Origin: Haliotis cracherodii
Taxonomy: Eukaryota
Direction of reading: 5' to 3'
DNA length: 64,000 bases
Assembly (NCBI RefSeq): GCF_022045235.1
Contig: NW_027266297.1
Span: 72,416,001-72,480,000, forward strand
Shown here: piece by piece, positions 14,226 to 28,330 of the stretch
Numbering within the stretch: position 1 is the first letter of the stretch
Layout of the letters: the number at the start of each line of letters is the position of its first letter
Notes under the pieces: generated by a model
Databases searched by the model: none
The model's input: only the letters and a program-made list of their open reading frames with translations
Told to the model about the DNA's origin: nothing
Translations under genes and position numbers: made by a program

Positions 14226-16913
14226 CTGAATATTTGTAATGCGCTATTGACTTTCCGAAGTATGCTTAACAGCATTATTACCATGGTCAGTGGATCAGGT
14301 TTGCACCCGATTTTCTTTCTCAGCTCCCTGGGGAGTATACAACCCAAGCTGCCTGTGAGGCTCTAGAAGGTTGAGTTCCACATGCTAGTGCATGTATAAG
14401 ACCATTGTGTCCCCAGCTGTGATATTCCTGGAATACGTCCAACAATGACATGAAACCCAGCCCATGTAATCAGTGTGGTCAGCTGTAATATACAGTGACA
14501 TTATTGGAATATGTACAAATTCAAGGAAGACAATTTATGGATGTCAACTTCTTTATTATGAGGAAAACAACGTTTCAGAATATATACTTACTCCTTCATC
14601 AGGTGATAAAGAATATACTCCAAAACATTGTGTTCCTCATAATAAAGAAGTTGACATCCACACTTTCTCTTCCTTTTGTGTATAAGTGGGCGGTGGGGTA
14701 GCCCAGTGGTTAAAGGAACCAGGGTTTGATTCCCCACATGGGTACAATTTGTGTCCCCCACCGTGATATTGCTGAAATATTGCTAAAAGCGGAGTAAAAC
14801 AATACACACTCATTCCTTATGCGTATCACTTCTAAATGCCATTCAAAGATTTGGTGTACACATTTGTTGTTTACTGATATCATACTCATGATGTAGTCCA
14901 AGACAAAATCAAGTTATTTTTAAGATTTTAGAATTGTTTCTATGTTTTTTTTACTATTTTTAAGAAAACTAGTCATTTTACAGTTCGGCTTACCTGCTAG
15001 ATGTGTCATATCATCAGATTTTGCTTTGTTCTATTTTACACGTTTCTTATTCATTTCATATCTTACTTTTGAAAATGTTCTGCTTTGACCAATCTTAGTC
15101 TCAGCCTTCAGTTAGATTTACTGTGAATGCTGCTCGTTGCCAGGCAACGGTTCCATGGAAGGGATATGGTTAGGACAGTGGAGTTGTCCCGCTGTATCAG
15201 TTGCCATTGTTATGAAACACAAATGCCCTGATTGTAAGTTTGGATCAATCCCCTATGTTCTTTATAAGCTGTATGATTTGTTTGCCAAAGACTACAAGAA
15301 CAGGTTCTGAATATCGGAATTACACTTAAGCCAATACTTTTGTCATTTGCCTTTTGAGTAGATAGAATTTCAATGTTTGACCTGCTTTCATGTGCATCAT
15401 GATTTCTTCTTCGTTCATGTTTATGACAATTGTAATTGGACGTTCTAGATTTGGCCGGTACCTTCAACTCTGTCCAGGGTTATTAGGGACCTGTCATTTA
15501 TTATTGGGGAATCACCTCTTGGAAGTGCCCACAAAAAATACCAGGGTCGAGGCTAAGGATCGGCCTATATCCCGTGTCAGCCTATATTCCGTGTCGGCCA
15601 ATACCTTGTACTATACAGGACACAATTGTGAGGAGGGTAATGGAATATGTGGTTTTTAATAAGAAAATAAGAAAGAAAGACAATGATAATTGTGAATCCT
15701 TTGGGAAATAAATTTAAATATATTTCATGATGAGATATTTTTATGTGATTGTTTCATTTTTTGCATTATGGCAAATTTGTATAATGATAACAATGTGAAG
15801 TGGGCTGGGAACAAAATGTGATATTTTGGAAGGGGTCATCTTGTCTTAATACACTTTGAGGAGCATGTGTGGATCCCCTATAATGAGTGACAGGTCGCCT
15901 ATGTCACACTGCGACCCTGGGTCCTAGGTCCTGGGTCCTCAGTCCTGGCCCTGAACATGTAGATGTACCACTCTGCCTGTTGTGGAGGCAGCTGTAGTCC
16001 TCAGTTCTATTTGTGTGACGACTGTTTCTAGCCATGACTGTTTGAGTGCAGCAGAGCAATAACAAATGTTCCAACATTCAGAATCCATTATGTGAAAAAC
16101 CTTGAAAAACAATCATAATCCTATTCCTTGATTGCTTCATTATTTTGTGTTTAGTGTGTGTCATCACGACTAGATCTATATGAATTATGACCAAAATTAT
16201 TTCAAAACATTTTCTTGTTGGTGTATGGCTATAATGAGGAATACCTGGAATGATTCAGGAAACTTTTACACGAAACTATTCCCCTTTGGACTATTTCCAT
16301 TTCATATTGCCTGCTGGAAGTGGAATCTTAACTTGTACAAAGCTTGACAGTGGAAGAGAGCGGTGAGAGAATATACATGGAACGTGTTGTGTGGATGACA
16401 TCATGTTTGTGTACTGCACCACATGACACAAGACGTATGTATGTACAGATCTGCTGTTGCATACCGACACGGCTGCTTCAGACAGTCCTAGTCCTGCATA
16501 TACAAATACTGAGATATATATTATATATTAAGACTGGCTTGCAATCATGGTATATTCTATGTTTCTACAAATTATCAGTCTCTTGAACAATTTCATAAGG
16601 AGGTGAAATTATAAAGAGCTATAATGAACGGAATGTGTTTGTTGTTTGTCTGAAGTCATTACATGACACAACTGGGGAGATGTGTGAGGTACTTGATGTT
16701 TGCCATACAAAGGAATTACCTCAGTCGACAACCATTTTGAAGTTCCTGATATATTCCCCAAGTCACAGCAGGTTCAACCCTGCTTTGAACTGATCTTGTA
16801 TATTTTAGTTTCTAAGCTTAACAGTATAGTATTGTGAGTTTAATCAGACCATTAATGGCCAATACAGGCTCATCTGCTTTGGCAACTGTGTGAGAATATC
16901 AAGGCTATGAATA

Positions 16914-17644
16914 ACGTCAGAACGACCTTTCACGAACCTTGACATCCCACTGAAACGACTAACAAGAAGCCAATTAGAAATCAGCTCTCTCAAGCTTTAT
17001 GGCACCGGTTTGAACCTGGCGACTTCCATTTCAGATGACACTTGAAAAATATGTTGACACAGTTCTCGATTAAAATTTTGAAAACTGAACAAACAAACAT
17101 TCCAGAATGTATTTTATATTGTTGAGATTTTATGGCAATGCTTCCCACGTACTGTGCAACGCCTCCTCCGTTCAAATGTTTATCCCACGCAAACGAGAGA
17201 CAGACCATAATTTTGACGGAATCAGTTGTACGGGCCCTAACTGTCATTTGGAATAATCTTAACTTGTACAAAGCTTGACAGTGGAAGAGAGCGGTGAGAG
17301 AATATACATGGAACGTGTTGTGTGGATGACATCATGTTTGTGTACTGCACTGCTTATATTGTTGAGATTTTATGGCAATGCTTCCCACGTACTGTGCAAC
17401 GCCTCCTCCGTTCAAATGTTTATCCCACGCAAACGAGAGACAGACCATAATTTTGACAGAATCAGTTGTACGGGCCCTAACTGTCATTTGGAATAATCTT
17501 AAGTTGTACGGGCCCTAACTGTCATTTGGAATACCCCGTGTAAATGTTTTCGAGGTTGCATGATTAGAAAACACATTCCCATTGTCACTTTCACGATCTG
17601 GTAAGCGACGCTTTGATTGGTCGGATGAAAGGTCGTTCTGACGT
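16914..17644. mobile_element. Non-autonomous TIR element with an internal rearrangement
   Basis: Perfect 19-bp inverted repeats ACGTCAGAACGACCTTTCA and TGAAAGGTCGTTCTGACGT. Confidence 0.7.
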
Positions 17645-19093
17645 GACCCTTAATGGGATGTCCTCAGATCTTTGTTTAGCAATAGCGAGAACTAAGATCT
17701 GATTTTAATGAGATTGAAGAATCATGGAAAGCTAACTAAAGGTGTGTTGTTCCACCAAGACAATCTATTGTGCACAAGTCTGTTGTCATGGCTGCGATTT
17801 GGCATCCTCCGTATTCACCAGATTTCCAACTCTTCTCAAATTTGAAGTAAGAACTGTCTGGCAAGGATTATCCAAATGATGACGACATCATTTCTGCTTT
17901 AGAGAACTTTTTACACCACCGGCAGGAGGCCTTTTACACCAGTAGGATCCTGGCATTGTTGTCAGTGTGTGGACCCTGGACTATCAGTTAGGCTCAAGAC
18001 CTTTCAGCCACCCCTCATGGTGTTGTCAGCTTGATGTGAGATTTGTTTGTTGTTTAACACTGCTCTCAGCAATATTCCAGCTATATGATGGTGGTCTGTA
18101 AATAATCAAATCTGGACCAGACAATACAGTGACTGACATCATGAGCATGGATCCATGCAATTGGGATACAATAACATCAAGAAAGTCAGCGAGTCTGACC
18201 ACTCGATTTCGTTTGTCGCCTCTTCCAACAAGCATATAGTCATCTTTTACGGCAAGCAGGGGTTGCTGAAGACCTTTTCTACCCCAGGTATTCACCGGTC
18301 TCTTTATGTGAGAGGAAAGCCTGAAGTGATGCAGACTGCTGACCATGTGAAACACAATGGCTTAAGCAAGAGGCTGACAAAGCAAGAACCATGATGAACC
18401 CACAAGGATGCAGACATCCCCGAGTCTGTGGGTTTGGTGTAAACACAGTGCCCATTAGGCTATCTTACTGGCTCATCCACTGAATAAGAATATGAACTTT
18501 AAGTATGCTGTCACAATCAACTCAAGGCAAAGTAAACACTAACGCAATACCACATTACAGTGTAACTTGGTTCAAACATATTTTTATTTCAAAAGAAATC
18601 TGGATCGGTAAACAAGCCAAACTTGCTTAAGTAAATACCCCCCCAGGTAACAACTTAACAACAGCTGTTTGTATATGAGATAGTGCTACACATAAACATA
18701 CTAAATACACAAATGAAATACATGAAGCCAATACATTGGAGCAAGTGGTGGCTGTGAAATAAGATGCAGTTTTCCATTACTACATGCATAAAACTAAGCT
18801 ACTCAAATCTTTTACTTTTGACAATGAAATCATGAACTGATTGATGACTAGTCATGATTGTAGAACTGTGACTGAATAAATGCCCTGTAATATTGTTTTG
18901 AAATCATACCCATGTGTGTAGAAATACATAGTGTTTCTATGGGTTACAGAGTAACTTCCTGATATGTATCCATGATGTCAGAGACCGAGTACATTCTCAA
19001 CATCTATGGCTCTATGGCTCTATGGCTTACTAGTAAGTGACTTAAAGCACATCCCAGATGAACACAAGAATCCAATTTTTTGATTATGAATTA

Positions 19094-19099
19094 TTTATT
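19094..19099 (-). promoter_or_regulatory. Candidate polyadenylation signal of oxidase paralogue A
   Basis: AATAAA on the minus strand about 110 nt past the stop codon. Confidence 0.5.
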
Positions 19100-19210
19100 G
19101 TACTATCAAAACCCTCTTTCAAGACACCCATTTCTATTGAGATGGGTATTCAACAGTACAAAAAGAAAAAAATTCATTATTGAAATCTGATCCTGTGAAT
19201 TGGAATATGT

Positions 19211-21234
19211 TTATAGTTTGCTTGTGGTAAGAGCTTCCTTGACTAGTCGAGCAGTGTGTTGGGCACAACCCCAGTGTAGTGTGATCCCAGCGCCACCGTG
19301 GCCGTAGTTGTGTACAACCTGCAACATCATCAACAAGACAACTACCCGCACTGTATAACTTACATAGATTCACATCTAGTCCTTCCAAATACAGCTAGCC
19401 AACGGGACACACAGGCTTGCTGTGACAAAGATAATAGATAAGTCAATATGTATTTTCTCAGGGGGAAATAAACATCTTATACCCCGCCATGAGTAAGTCA
19501 GACTGCACGTGGATTTCTGAGAGGCAGAATAAATCCCTTATTCCCCGATCATGAGTCAATAAAAGCCAAGTGACATAGGACCAGTTAACCTGGGCTCACT
19601 CGAACAGTTTTCTGTCAATTTTGAATTTGTTTCTGGCTCGTGGTATAAAACTCGAGACCCATAAAACCTCATGTACCCCTCTTGATCTTGCTACAACTTA
19701 TAGTATTTCATAGTTTAAGGCAAACATGATTTGTGTTTCATTTAGATGGTATCTGAAACATGCTAAGGTTGATTAGACCTACTGGTAGTGTTATCCCCGA
19801 CTTCATCTTCAGAGGTTGTGTCTCCAGTCTCACTTGTGTCCGTGAGGGCCTCAGACCTACCTTGTCAGACTCTATCTTCACTCCCTACAAACAAACATTC
19901 TATCAGACTAAAACAGTCAATATTTTGAAAAATTGAACAAAATTTAAAAATACACATCCCGAATGAAGGTCACCTAACATCTCAGCAGTGGATCCGATCC
20001 ACCCTGAAGATCCCGGGTAGAATAAGTCTTCAGCAACCCAGGCTTGCTGTAAAAGGTGACTATGTTTGTCTTAAGAGGCGACTAAAGCGATTGGGTGGTT
20101 AGGCTCGCTGACTTCGTTGATGCATGTCATCGTATCCCAATTGCATAGATCGATGCTCATGATGTCAATCACTGGATTGTTTGGTCCAGACTCGATTATT
20201 GACAGACTGCCATCATATACCTTGACTATTGCTGAGTGCGGTGTTCAACAACAAACAAACAAACAAACAAACGGTGGCGGATCCAGGGATTGTGGGCAGG
20301 TTCGTTCCCCTTATCACCTGCTGATGAAAGGGAGATGTAAATACACATATACTTTTCTGGACTTGTTACGATTTATTACCTAAACGGTAAATGCTTTCAT
20401 GCCATTCTTGACCACATGAACTGGTAAAATTACCCCACCTGAGATATGAACAAGAAACGTGACTTGCCACCTTCACCGGACCTCTGCCACCAGGACTAAT
20501 AGAAGAGGTATTTGCTACTGTTCAAGGAATGCCAAGTTTTTTAATATTTTATGTCCGCTTCAGTTACTTTTGTCACATGACTGGGATACTTCTCAAAGCA
20601 GCGACAAACACAACCCCTACTGACCTTGAGACTGGGCAGCAATGACAGCGCCCTCTGGAGTATGCCCCGATGGTCTGCCTCATCTACGTCTGTATTCCAG
20701 TCCCCCTCTTGTGCGACCCCCCCTACCACAAGGCTGCGAGAGCTACAACGACGACAATCAGAAAACTATTACACATAACGTAGGTATACACGATCTCACA
20801 ACCGCTCCGGCACGGAAATACAAGTATTTTGATACTAGTACTCATTTCGCAAAATCAGTACCACACACACTCGTAAAATCGCCTTGATATCACAGCGGCC
20901 TGTAAATATTGAACCAAACCAGTGATTGAAAACAACCAACTCCCCATGGTCTAAGGATACACGCAACTAGCCAGGTCACACATTGTAGTGATTCATGTTG
21001 TTCTACACAGCTTTTGGATAACATTATTATATTCCAGCAATTCTTACGGGCGGATTGGGGGGGGGGGGGGGGGGGGGGGGCACCTCACATTATATCCACA
21101 CGATGTTAAGTGGGTTCTTACCACAACCAGTGAGCATGATAGACCTGTATAATCCAGTCACGTTAGATAGATAGATAGATAGATAGATGATAGACCTGTA
21201 TAATCCAGTCACGTTAGATAGATAGATAGATAGG

Positions 21235-21271
<37 letters not shown>

Positions 21272-21297
21272 GATAGACCTGTATAATCCAGTCACGT

Positions 21298-21338
<41 letters not shown>

Positions 21339-24300
21339 GTGTATTCCGTTTTGGAATTAAACATTCGTAAACATGTTTAGATCTAAACATGTCTTGTATG
21401 TGTTCGCATTCTAAACAGTTTTTACAGTGTAAGATGCATAAGAATAATAGAAACAAAATAATGAATAACATTCACCATTCACTAATTGCAATCAACATCC
21501 AACTTCAACCGAAAGGGGACGGTCGGGTAGCCTAGTGGTTAAAACGTTCGCTGAGTTACGCCGAAGACCCCGGGTCGATTCCTGACTTGGGTACAACGTG
21601 TAAAGCTCATTTCTAGTGTTCTCCGCCGTGATATTGCTAGAATATTGCCAAAAGCGGCGTAAAACCATACTCACTCACTCAACCAGAAAACTCCAACGAA
21701 ACCTGGACACTCTTCTGAGTCCAAACGTTACTAGATTTACGACTAGAATCAAAATGATGGAACCATGACAGTGGAAGGTGGTTGTGAAACATTAGAGTAA
21801 TGAATCGGTTTGACAGAGAAACCTAGGGAGAAACCATGACAAAGACTCACTGGAATACGAACGCAAACGTACCCAGGAAATATGTATGTTGGAAGTGCCT
21901 TGGGGGATAGGAGGAGGTAGAAGTGCTTCACCCACGGAGCGTGCATCTGTAATCATATACGAAGATAGTTACAGGGCCCCGTTTCACAAAGAGATCTTAG
22001 CTCTACGATGATCGTAAGCCTATATTAAAGTATGGGAGTTACGATCCCCTCAGCGCTAAGTCCGCTTTGTGCAACGGGGTCCAGGTATTATCTGGTTCTG
22101 ATTAGATACTAACCAACGTCGAGGAAGTACGGAATTCACAAGGAGTGAAAATGAATATAGGATGAGGTGAGGTGAAGTGAAATGTGCGTGCGTGCGTGCG
22201 TGCGTGGATGCTTGTACTAGTCTAGACAGATGACAATTTTATAGTGCTACCCCACAGAGATACGTCAACGAAATCAGATATGCGAAATGTAGACTATAAG
22301 GAGTAATACCACTGATAGTCAACCTGCTGTTCAGATGATGTCATGTATTAACTTGTGACGTCATGAATAAAAGATGACTTATTATACTACTGTTCTCAAC
22401 AATGACGCACTGTGATGAGCATAATTATGGGTTAAATATTTAAGTATTGATGGTGACACTTTGAGTTCATTAGATCCTAATTTTGTACATATGTGATGAG
22501 CATAGTTATGGGTTATATATTTAAGTATTGATTGTGACACTTTGAGTTCATTGGATCCTAATTTTGTACATATGTGATGAGCATAGTTATGGGTTATATA
22601 TTTAAGTATTGATTGTGACACTTTGAGTTCATTGGATCCTAATTTTGTACAGTACACAGTATATGTTTGTAAGTATACAATTATTAGCGTTGTTTATAAT
22701 CATTTTGACCTTGAATTCAACCTTTTAGTGTACGTTGGCGAAAGTATGAGAGTTATTCGCTGATACTTTGTGAATCTCAGATCTCAGATCTGAATAATGA
22801 ACATATTGTGAATGATTGACATGGTTTACAGCTACAATATACAATATATCGTTATTGGCACATCTCTATGCATATGGCAGCCGTTGCATATATGTTTATA
22901 TTGCCGAAAGTCTCACCCGCAGGACTTGTCCTCGGACAGGCTTGAGAGCCGTGTCTTGCACGAGAGTATAGGAGCCCAGTCCAGTGCAGTTGACCACCAC
23001 GTCATACTGACCCGCCATCTGGGGACACGGTCAGACATGAGTGACATCGAGAATGTAAGGAGCCAACAAGCCAGGCACTGCTGACGTCGTAATTACTTAA
23101 TAGTCGGTTAGTTTGTTGTTAAACGCCGCACTCAGCAATAGTCAAGCTATATGACGGCGGTCTGTAAATAATCGAGTCTGGACCAGACAATCCAGTGTAT
23201 CACGAGCATCGATCCACGCAATTGGGATCGATGATATGTATCATCCAAGTCAGCGAGCCTGACCACCCGATCCCGTTAGTCGCCTCTTACAAGCATAGTC
23301 GCCTTTTACGACAAGCATGGGTTGCTGAAGATCTATTCTACCCCGGAGCTTCACAATAATTAATGATCATTGATCCCACAACACCCAACGTCAACACTCT
23401 CCAAGGAAGTAGTGCGATAAAATGAGAATGAAATGCGTATCTGAAAGCTCACAAGAACAAACCCCCTTGCTCCAAGCTTCCCATGAGTATCAGATAAAGC
23501 GCAAATACAATTTTACCTCCTCCAACGAGTGGACCTTTCTCTGCTGAACTCTGCCACCTTGGCACTTGAACCTGCAACAGTGCAAAGTAAATAGACAAAC
23601 AGGGCAGGGACGTGTACATCATAACCCTCCACCAACCATCTCGACGTGTATCTGTAGGGTCGTGTTGAGGTCAAGTCCTGGTTATTAAATGCTAGCCTCC
23701 AGCGGATTTTGTATCTTGATGACGAAACCTTGCTGAACATGGTGCCGTTGTACAAAGCGTTTTTGGTGGTAAGGTGATCGTAAGTCCTATACCTGAACGT
23801 AGACTGACGACAGTCGTAGTGCTGAGGTTGTTTTGTACAACGGCACCCTTGTGTGTAAAACATACCTCGCCAGCAGCCAGGCCAGGTACAGCTCCACATC
23901 TATCTGCAGGGACGTATGGAAGCTGCCACTTCTGAATACAGAAAAATCGCACAGTTATATCAGTTACTCCACAACGAGTGAACAAAACAAAACTAATAGT
24001 CCATATATGTTTGTGTCATCTTACAATTTTCAGACAAGCAGAGTTAACATGAGGATGTCCGCGTTGCTTATTCTGTCCACGCAGAGGCGGATGCCATAGA
24101 ATACATACTCGTACCTTGCAAGGGGAAACTGCTCCAACTCATTAGCGGTGAGCTGTCGGTAGCCAAATACTTGGTCTTTGTAATCCGGGTCCTACACAGA
24201 ATAGATAGATTCAGTGGTAACAGTGAGGCTATTGTTCCGGACTTCACACAAGGCCAGGCCACATGTACCGACATAAGCCTACACCCCACCCTCCCGCCGG

Positions 24301-25324
24301 TCTATACTGAGATACTTACAAACCCCACCCTCCCCCCGGTCTGTACTGAGATACTCACAAACCACCCTCCCGGCGGTCTATACTGAGATACTTACGAACC
24401 CATCTTCCCGCCGGTCTATACTGAGGTACTCACGAACCCCACCCTCCCGCCGGTCTATACTGAGATACTCACAAACCCCATCTTCCCGCCGGTCTATACT
24501 GAGATACTCACGAACCCCACCCTCCCGCCGGTCTATACTGAGATACTCACAAACCCCATCTTCCCGCCGGTCTATACTCACGGGCCCCACCCTACCGCCG
24601 GTCTATACTATGATACTCACGAACCACCCTCCCGCCGGTCAATACTCACGGGCCCCACCCTACCGCCGGTCAATACTCACGGGCCCATCCTCCCGCCGGT
24701 CAATACTCACGGGCGCCACCCTCCCGCCGGTCAATACTCTAGGGCCCCACCCTCCCGCCGGTCAATACTCTAGGGCCCCATCCCCCCGCCGGTCAATACT
24801 CACGGGCGAGTCTCCGTCAGACAATGTGTACCCAGACATCAGCTGACACCCCACTCTCCCGGCCACCGGGGAGTTGTATATGCCGAGGAGATAATCCCAC
24901 GTGACAGTACTCCATGCTCTGTGGAATGAGCCAATAAACATCTCTTAAGACAAGAAAAATAGCACAGGATGCAGCTTGTCTGTTATAAACACCCGATGAA
25001 ACGTGCTGGAACAGACCAGGGTTATCTGAGATCGCCGTATTAATTAATTAATTTGACAGGCAGAGTAGGAATCCAAATTATCATCAGACATATGCAATAT
25101 TATACAATTGCGATAATATGCTAGCTTACTTACTTGATAAGGTCTTCGGGGGTATCCCCCAGACAATATGGCTCCCAAATCCCACCGGCGACGTCCGATG
25201 TTGTGTCGGGGGAGAATTTGTCTGCCACGAGAGTGACCTGCACTTCAGGACATTGACGTTGGACACACACGGCAGACGACAACCCGCTGACGCCCGCGCC
25301 CACTACACACACCGTCTTCCCCAT
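19211..25324 (-). CDS. DDO: D-amino-acid/D-aspartate oxidase family flavoenzyme, paralogue A (335 aa). Exons 25134-25324, 24804-24918, 24115-24191, 23866-23931, 23517-23571, 22917-23018, 21873-21946, 20625-20742, 19783-19884, 19211-19318
   Basis: Ten GT-AG exons sum to 1008 nt in one open frame. Motifs: VVGAGVSG (FAD), [62 protein letters not shown], and C-terminal PTS1 SKL*. DAO versus DDO orthology is unresolved. Confidence 0.92.
21057..21338. repeat. Poly-G run followed by a compound (GATA)n array with three copies of a ~28-bp spacer
   Basis: G run at 21057-21080; TGATAGACCTGTATAATCCAGTCACGTT-(AGAT)n three times. Confidence 0.95.
21972..22084. mobile_element. ~110-bp palindromic MITE, same family as 7821
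   Basis: CAG-GGCCCCGTTTCACAAAG...CTTTGTGCAACGGGGTC-CAG. Confidence 0.7.
22410..22650. repeat. 81-bp tandem repeat x3
   Basis: TGTGATGAGCATAGTTATGGGTT...GATCCTAATTTTGTACA repeated. Confidence 0.95.
24285..24808. repeat. 31-41-bp GC-rich minisatellite containing copies of the oxidase A exon-2 donor
   Basis: Unit CCCACCCTCCCGCCGGTC(A/T)ATACTCACGGGC; GCCC|GTGAGTAT on the minus strand. Confidence 0.93.
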
Positions 25325-26099
25325 CCTGATATTGGGACTGAATCAAGATACGGTGGGTGATGATGACGTAAAATTAGGACTGAGGGACGTTAGATCCGGT
25401 GACCTCGTGGCACAAAACCGTGAGGGGTTATACATTTAGAGGGAATTATGACATTTTCTGCATAACATGCATACAGACTTGGTTGATGCATGTCATCGTA
25501 TCCCAATTGCGCGGATCGATGCTCATGATGTCAGTCACAGGATTGTCTGGTCCAGACTCGATTATTTACAGACCGCCGTCACATAGCTGTATTATTGCTG
25601 AACGCGGCGTTATACAACAAACACACCATTCCACTATTCAGGTGTGTCACTAATACAAAGGTAATACTATTAGTCATGGTGTCTTAAGTTGCCGTATGCC
25701 GTGTTATATTAGGTCAATAAGTTTCTACAAACCTAACAGGACACTGTATTCGGCAGCTGAAGACACCATAACGAACTTATTATGCCGAAAGGTTGACACT
25801 ATGTGGCATCCATATCGCTATACTCTAAGCTAAGTACGCTCACGTTAAGAGTCAAAGGGAGACTACTCTTAAAACTTTAGAGGCCGAACCTTGTTGACAA
25901 TTTTTACTATAATCTTTATCAATAAAGTCACGAACTTGATTTAAAAAAGATAAATGTCCTTGCACATCACAATTAATAATATATAAACACAAAACAGAAT
26001 TGTCATGTGAAATATATGAAGTGGGTGTCTGAAAATCCAAGATGGCTGTTACTGACAGTATAGGTCTCATATTAGGTAAGTAACAACCATCTTCCATTT

Positions 26100-26650
26100 T
26101 TACTGACGGTACACGGGATCACGTGGGGTCAGTAGTTCTGCTCTCTGATTGGTCAATCTCACATTGAGGCATAATAAAGGTGTGTCTACACCAGGTACCA
26201 CTAGGGCATGTCCACTATACCAGAGGTAATGTAGGTTGTTATCATACTTCCATGTCAGAATGATGAGATCTGATTGGTCCAAGTGATCCTGATAAAGTAC
26301 TGTCCCGACTTGGGGGGGAATAAATTTCTCAGCGGTGGAATAAATCTCTTATACCCCGCCACGAGCAATACAGGCTGCACGTGAATTTCTCAGAGGCAGA
26401 ATAAATCCCTTACACCTCGCTTCAAATCAAAAAGCGGCACGCTTTTTCCAAGTAAATGGAAGTCACGTATCATCCCACAAGTTAACCTCAGCTCAGTCGG
26501 ACAGCTGTTTTCTACCAATTTCTACAATGGGGTTTATGCGTCCCTCTTTAGGTTTTATACATCTTGCCTCTGGCTTGTCGTATAAAACCTAACGCGGGAC
26601 GCATAAACCCCATGTGTCCCTCGTGATCCTGCAACAATTTATAATATACA
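26100..26650 (+). repeat. Unclassified interspersed repeat; related copies at ~19455-19710 (+) and ~61020-61340 (-)
   Basis: Shared ATACCCCGCCA(C/T)GAG...CTGCACGTG...GAGGCAGAATAAATCCCTTA...GTTAACCT...CATAAAACC blocks. Confidence 0.6.
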
Positions 26651-27213
26651 CCAGGTATGTCGACTATAAAAGGTAATACAGACTTATATACATCAGGTAT
26701 TAGCAATATCCTACCACGTGACCTGACCTGACACATTTAACCTACATTGTAAGTGAGTCACGAACGCTCAAAGCACTAGGTTACCTGATGGTCCGTTTGG
26801 ACATGCCACAGCCTGAACGCCTGATTGTAGTTTCGCAATCGGAAGCTCGTTTTGTGTGCTTCTGGTGGATTATACGATATAACTGTGCTCAAATGTAAGT
26901 CTTCCTGCTTTACAATCAACAATCTCGCTACCGAATGAACTATCTGACTAAGCTAACGTTCGTTAACCTACATACAGCCTAGGAGCAAAGAACGACATTT
27001 TTTTAAGTTATAAGCCATTTTGTCTTATCATATAACTACCTCTTCACGTTCTGCGGTGATAAGCTACTCCCTGGGTCCGAGTCGGGCGAGTGAGATGGGT
27101 CCGAGCCGAGCGAGTGTGAGATGGGTCGAGGCGACCAAACCGAGAGCCAGAGCGACAATGTCTGGGATTCAAGGTTGTGTGAGCCAGTTGGGTTACACAG
27201 TATTTCACTTATA

Positions 27214-28330
27214 TACTCTGCAAAAAAAGAAACGCAAAATAGTAAAATACGTAAATATCTGACAGAGGGTGGCCATTATCCATACAAAATTAATACCATC
27301 AATGAATTGGTCATTTCTGCATGGATTGGGACTGATTGTAGAAAAAAATGAGGTACTGCAGAAATTTGGTGAAATGATGGAAAAAACACCAAAGAAACAC
27401 ACCAACATGCACGTGCACGTGCAACATCACTTATTGGGCTATAAAAAAATTGGGCTTTTATTTGCAGGCCATCACAATCTTACAGCAAGGGAACAGCGAA
27501 AACATGCCACGACTGGCGAAAGCCCAACGCAACAACGCCATCGGCCGACTGGAAACAGGAGAATCATCTTTAGTCGTTGCCAGGTTTTCCACGTAGCCCC
27601 AAGCACCATTACAAGACTGTGGAACCGTTATCAGACACACGGGACAACACGTGACCTTCCCAGATCCGGTCGATCACTTATCACTACCAGATGCATACGG
27701 CTTCATCACTTACGTGAAAGAACCACCACGGCCACCTCTACAACTACGACAATACCAGGATTGTGTAGGATATCACCCCAGACGTGCAGTGAGGAATCGT
27801 GTACACGCTGATGGTATTCGCGCTGGACGACAGTTCGAGGTGTCATTTTGTCTCACCTGCATCTTCGACTGCGACGCCAATGGTGTCAAGGTCACAGAGC
27901 GTTGACGTGTCACGTTTCATGTTGAACTGTGCGGATGGTACACGTCATGTTTTCACGTGTTACGGTTACATAGTTGCCCGAAACTGCATACAGGAAGTGG
28001 ATCGACTTAGCGGTGGTTGTGTGATGATGTGGGCGGCAATCTCCTACGCTGGTAGGTCAGACTTGGTGCAAGTTCAAGGGAATTAAACGGCGCAACGTTA
28101 CACGGATAAGATTCGTCGGCCACACGTCCTTCCCATTATGCAACAAGCGAACGTCATTTTCCAAAACAACAACGCCCTACCTCACACAGCAAGACTGACA
28201 ACTCTTTTTCAGGAATAACAACATCCAGGTCCTGCCATAGCCCACCAGGTCTCCACATTTAAGCCCAATCGAATCAATTATTGGATGCGCTGCGACCACG
28301 CCTGTTGTGCCCTCAAACCTACAAAGGTCT
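27214..28330 (+). mobile_element. Degenerate Tc1/mariner element, left TIR retained
   Basis: TA-TACTCTGCAAAAAAAGAAACG end; frameshifted transposase fragments STITRLWNRY...DLPRSGR, GGCVMMWAAISY, and an SPHLSPIE-like remnant. Confidence 0.85.

Noticed and set aside
25675-25790. CTGAAGA...GAAA hammerhead-like motif
   Set aside because: The required stems do not form; better explained as a short inverted repeat (ATGGTGTCTTAAGTTGCCG / CGGCAGCTGAAGACACCAT).
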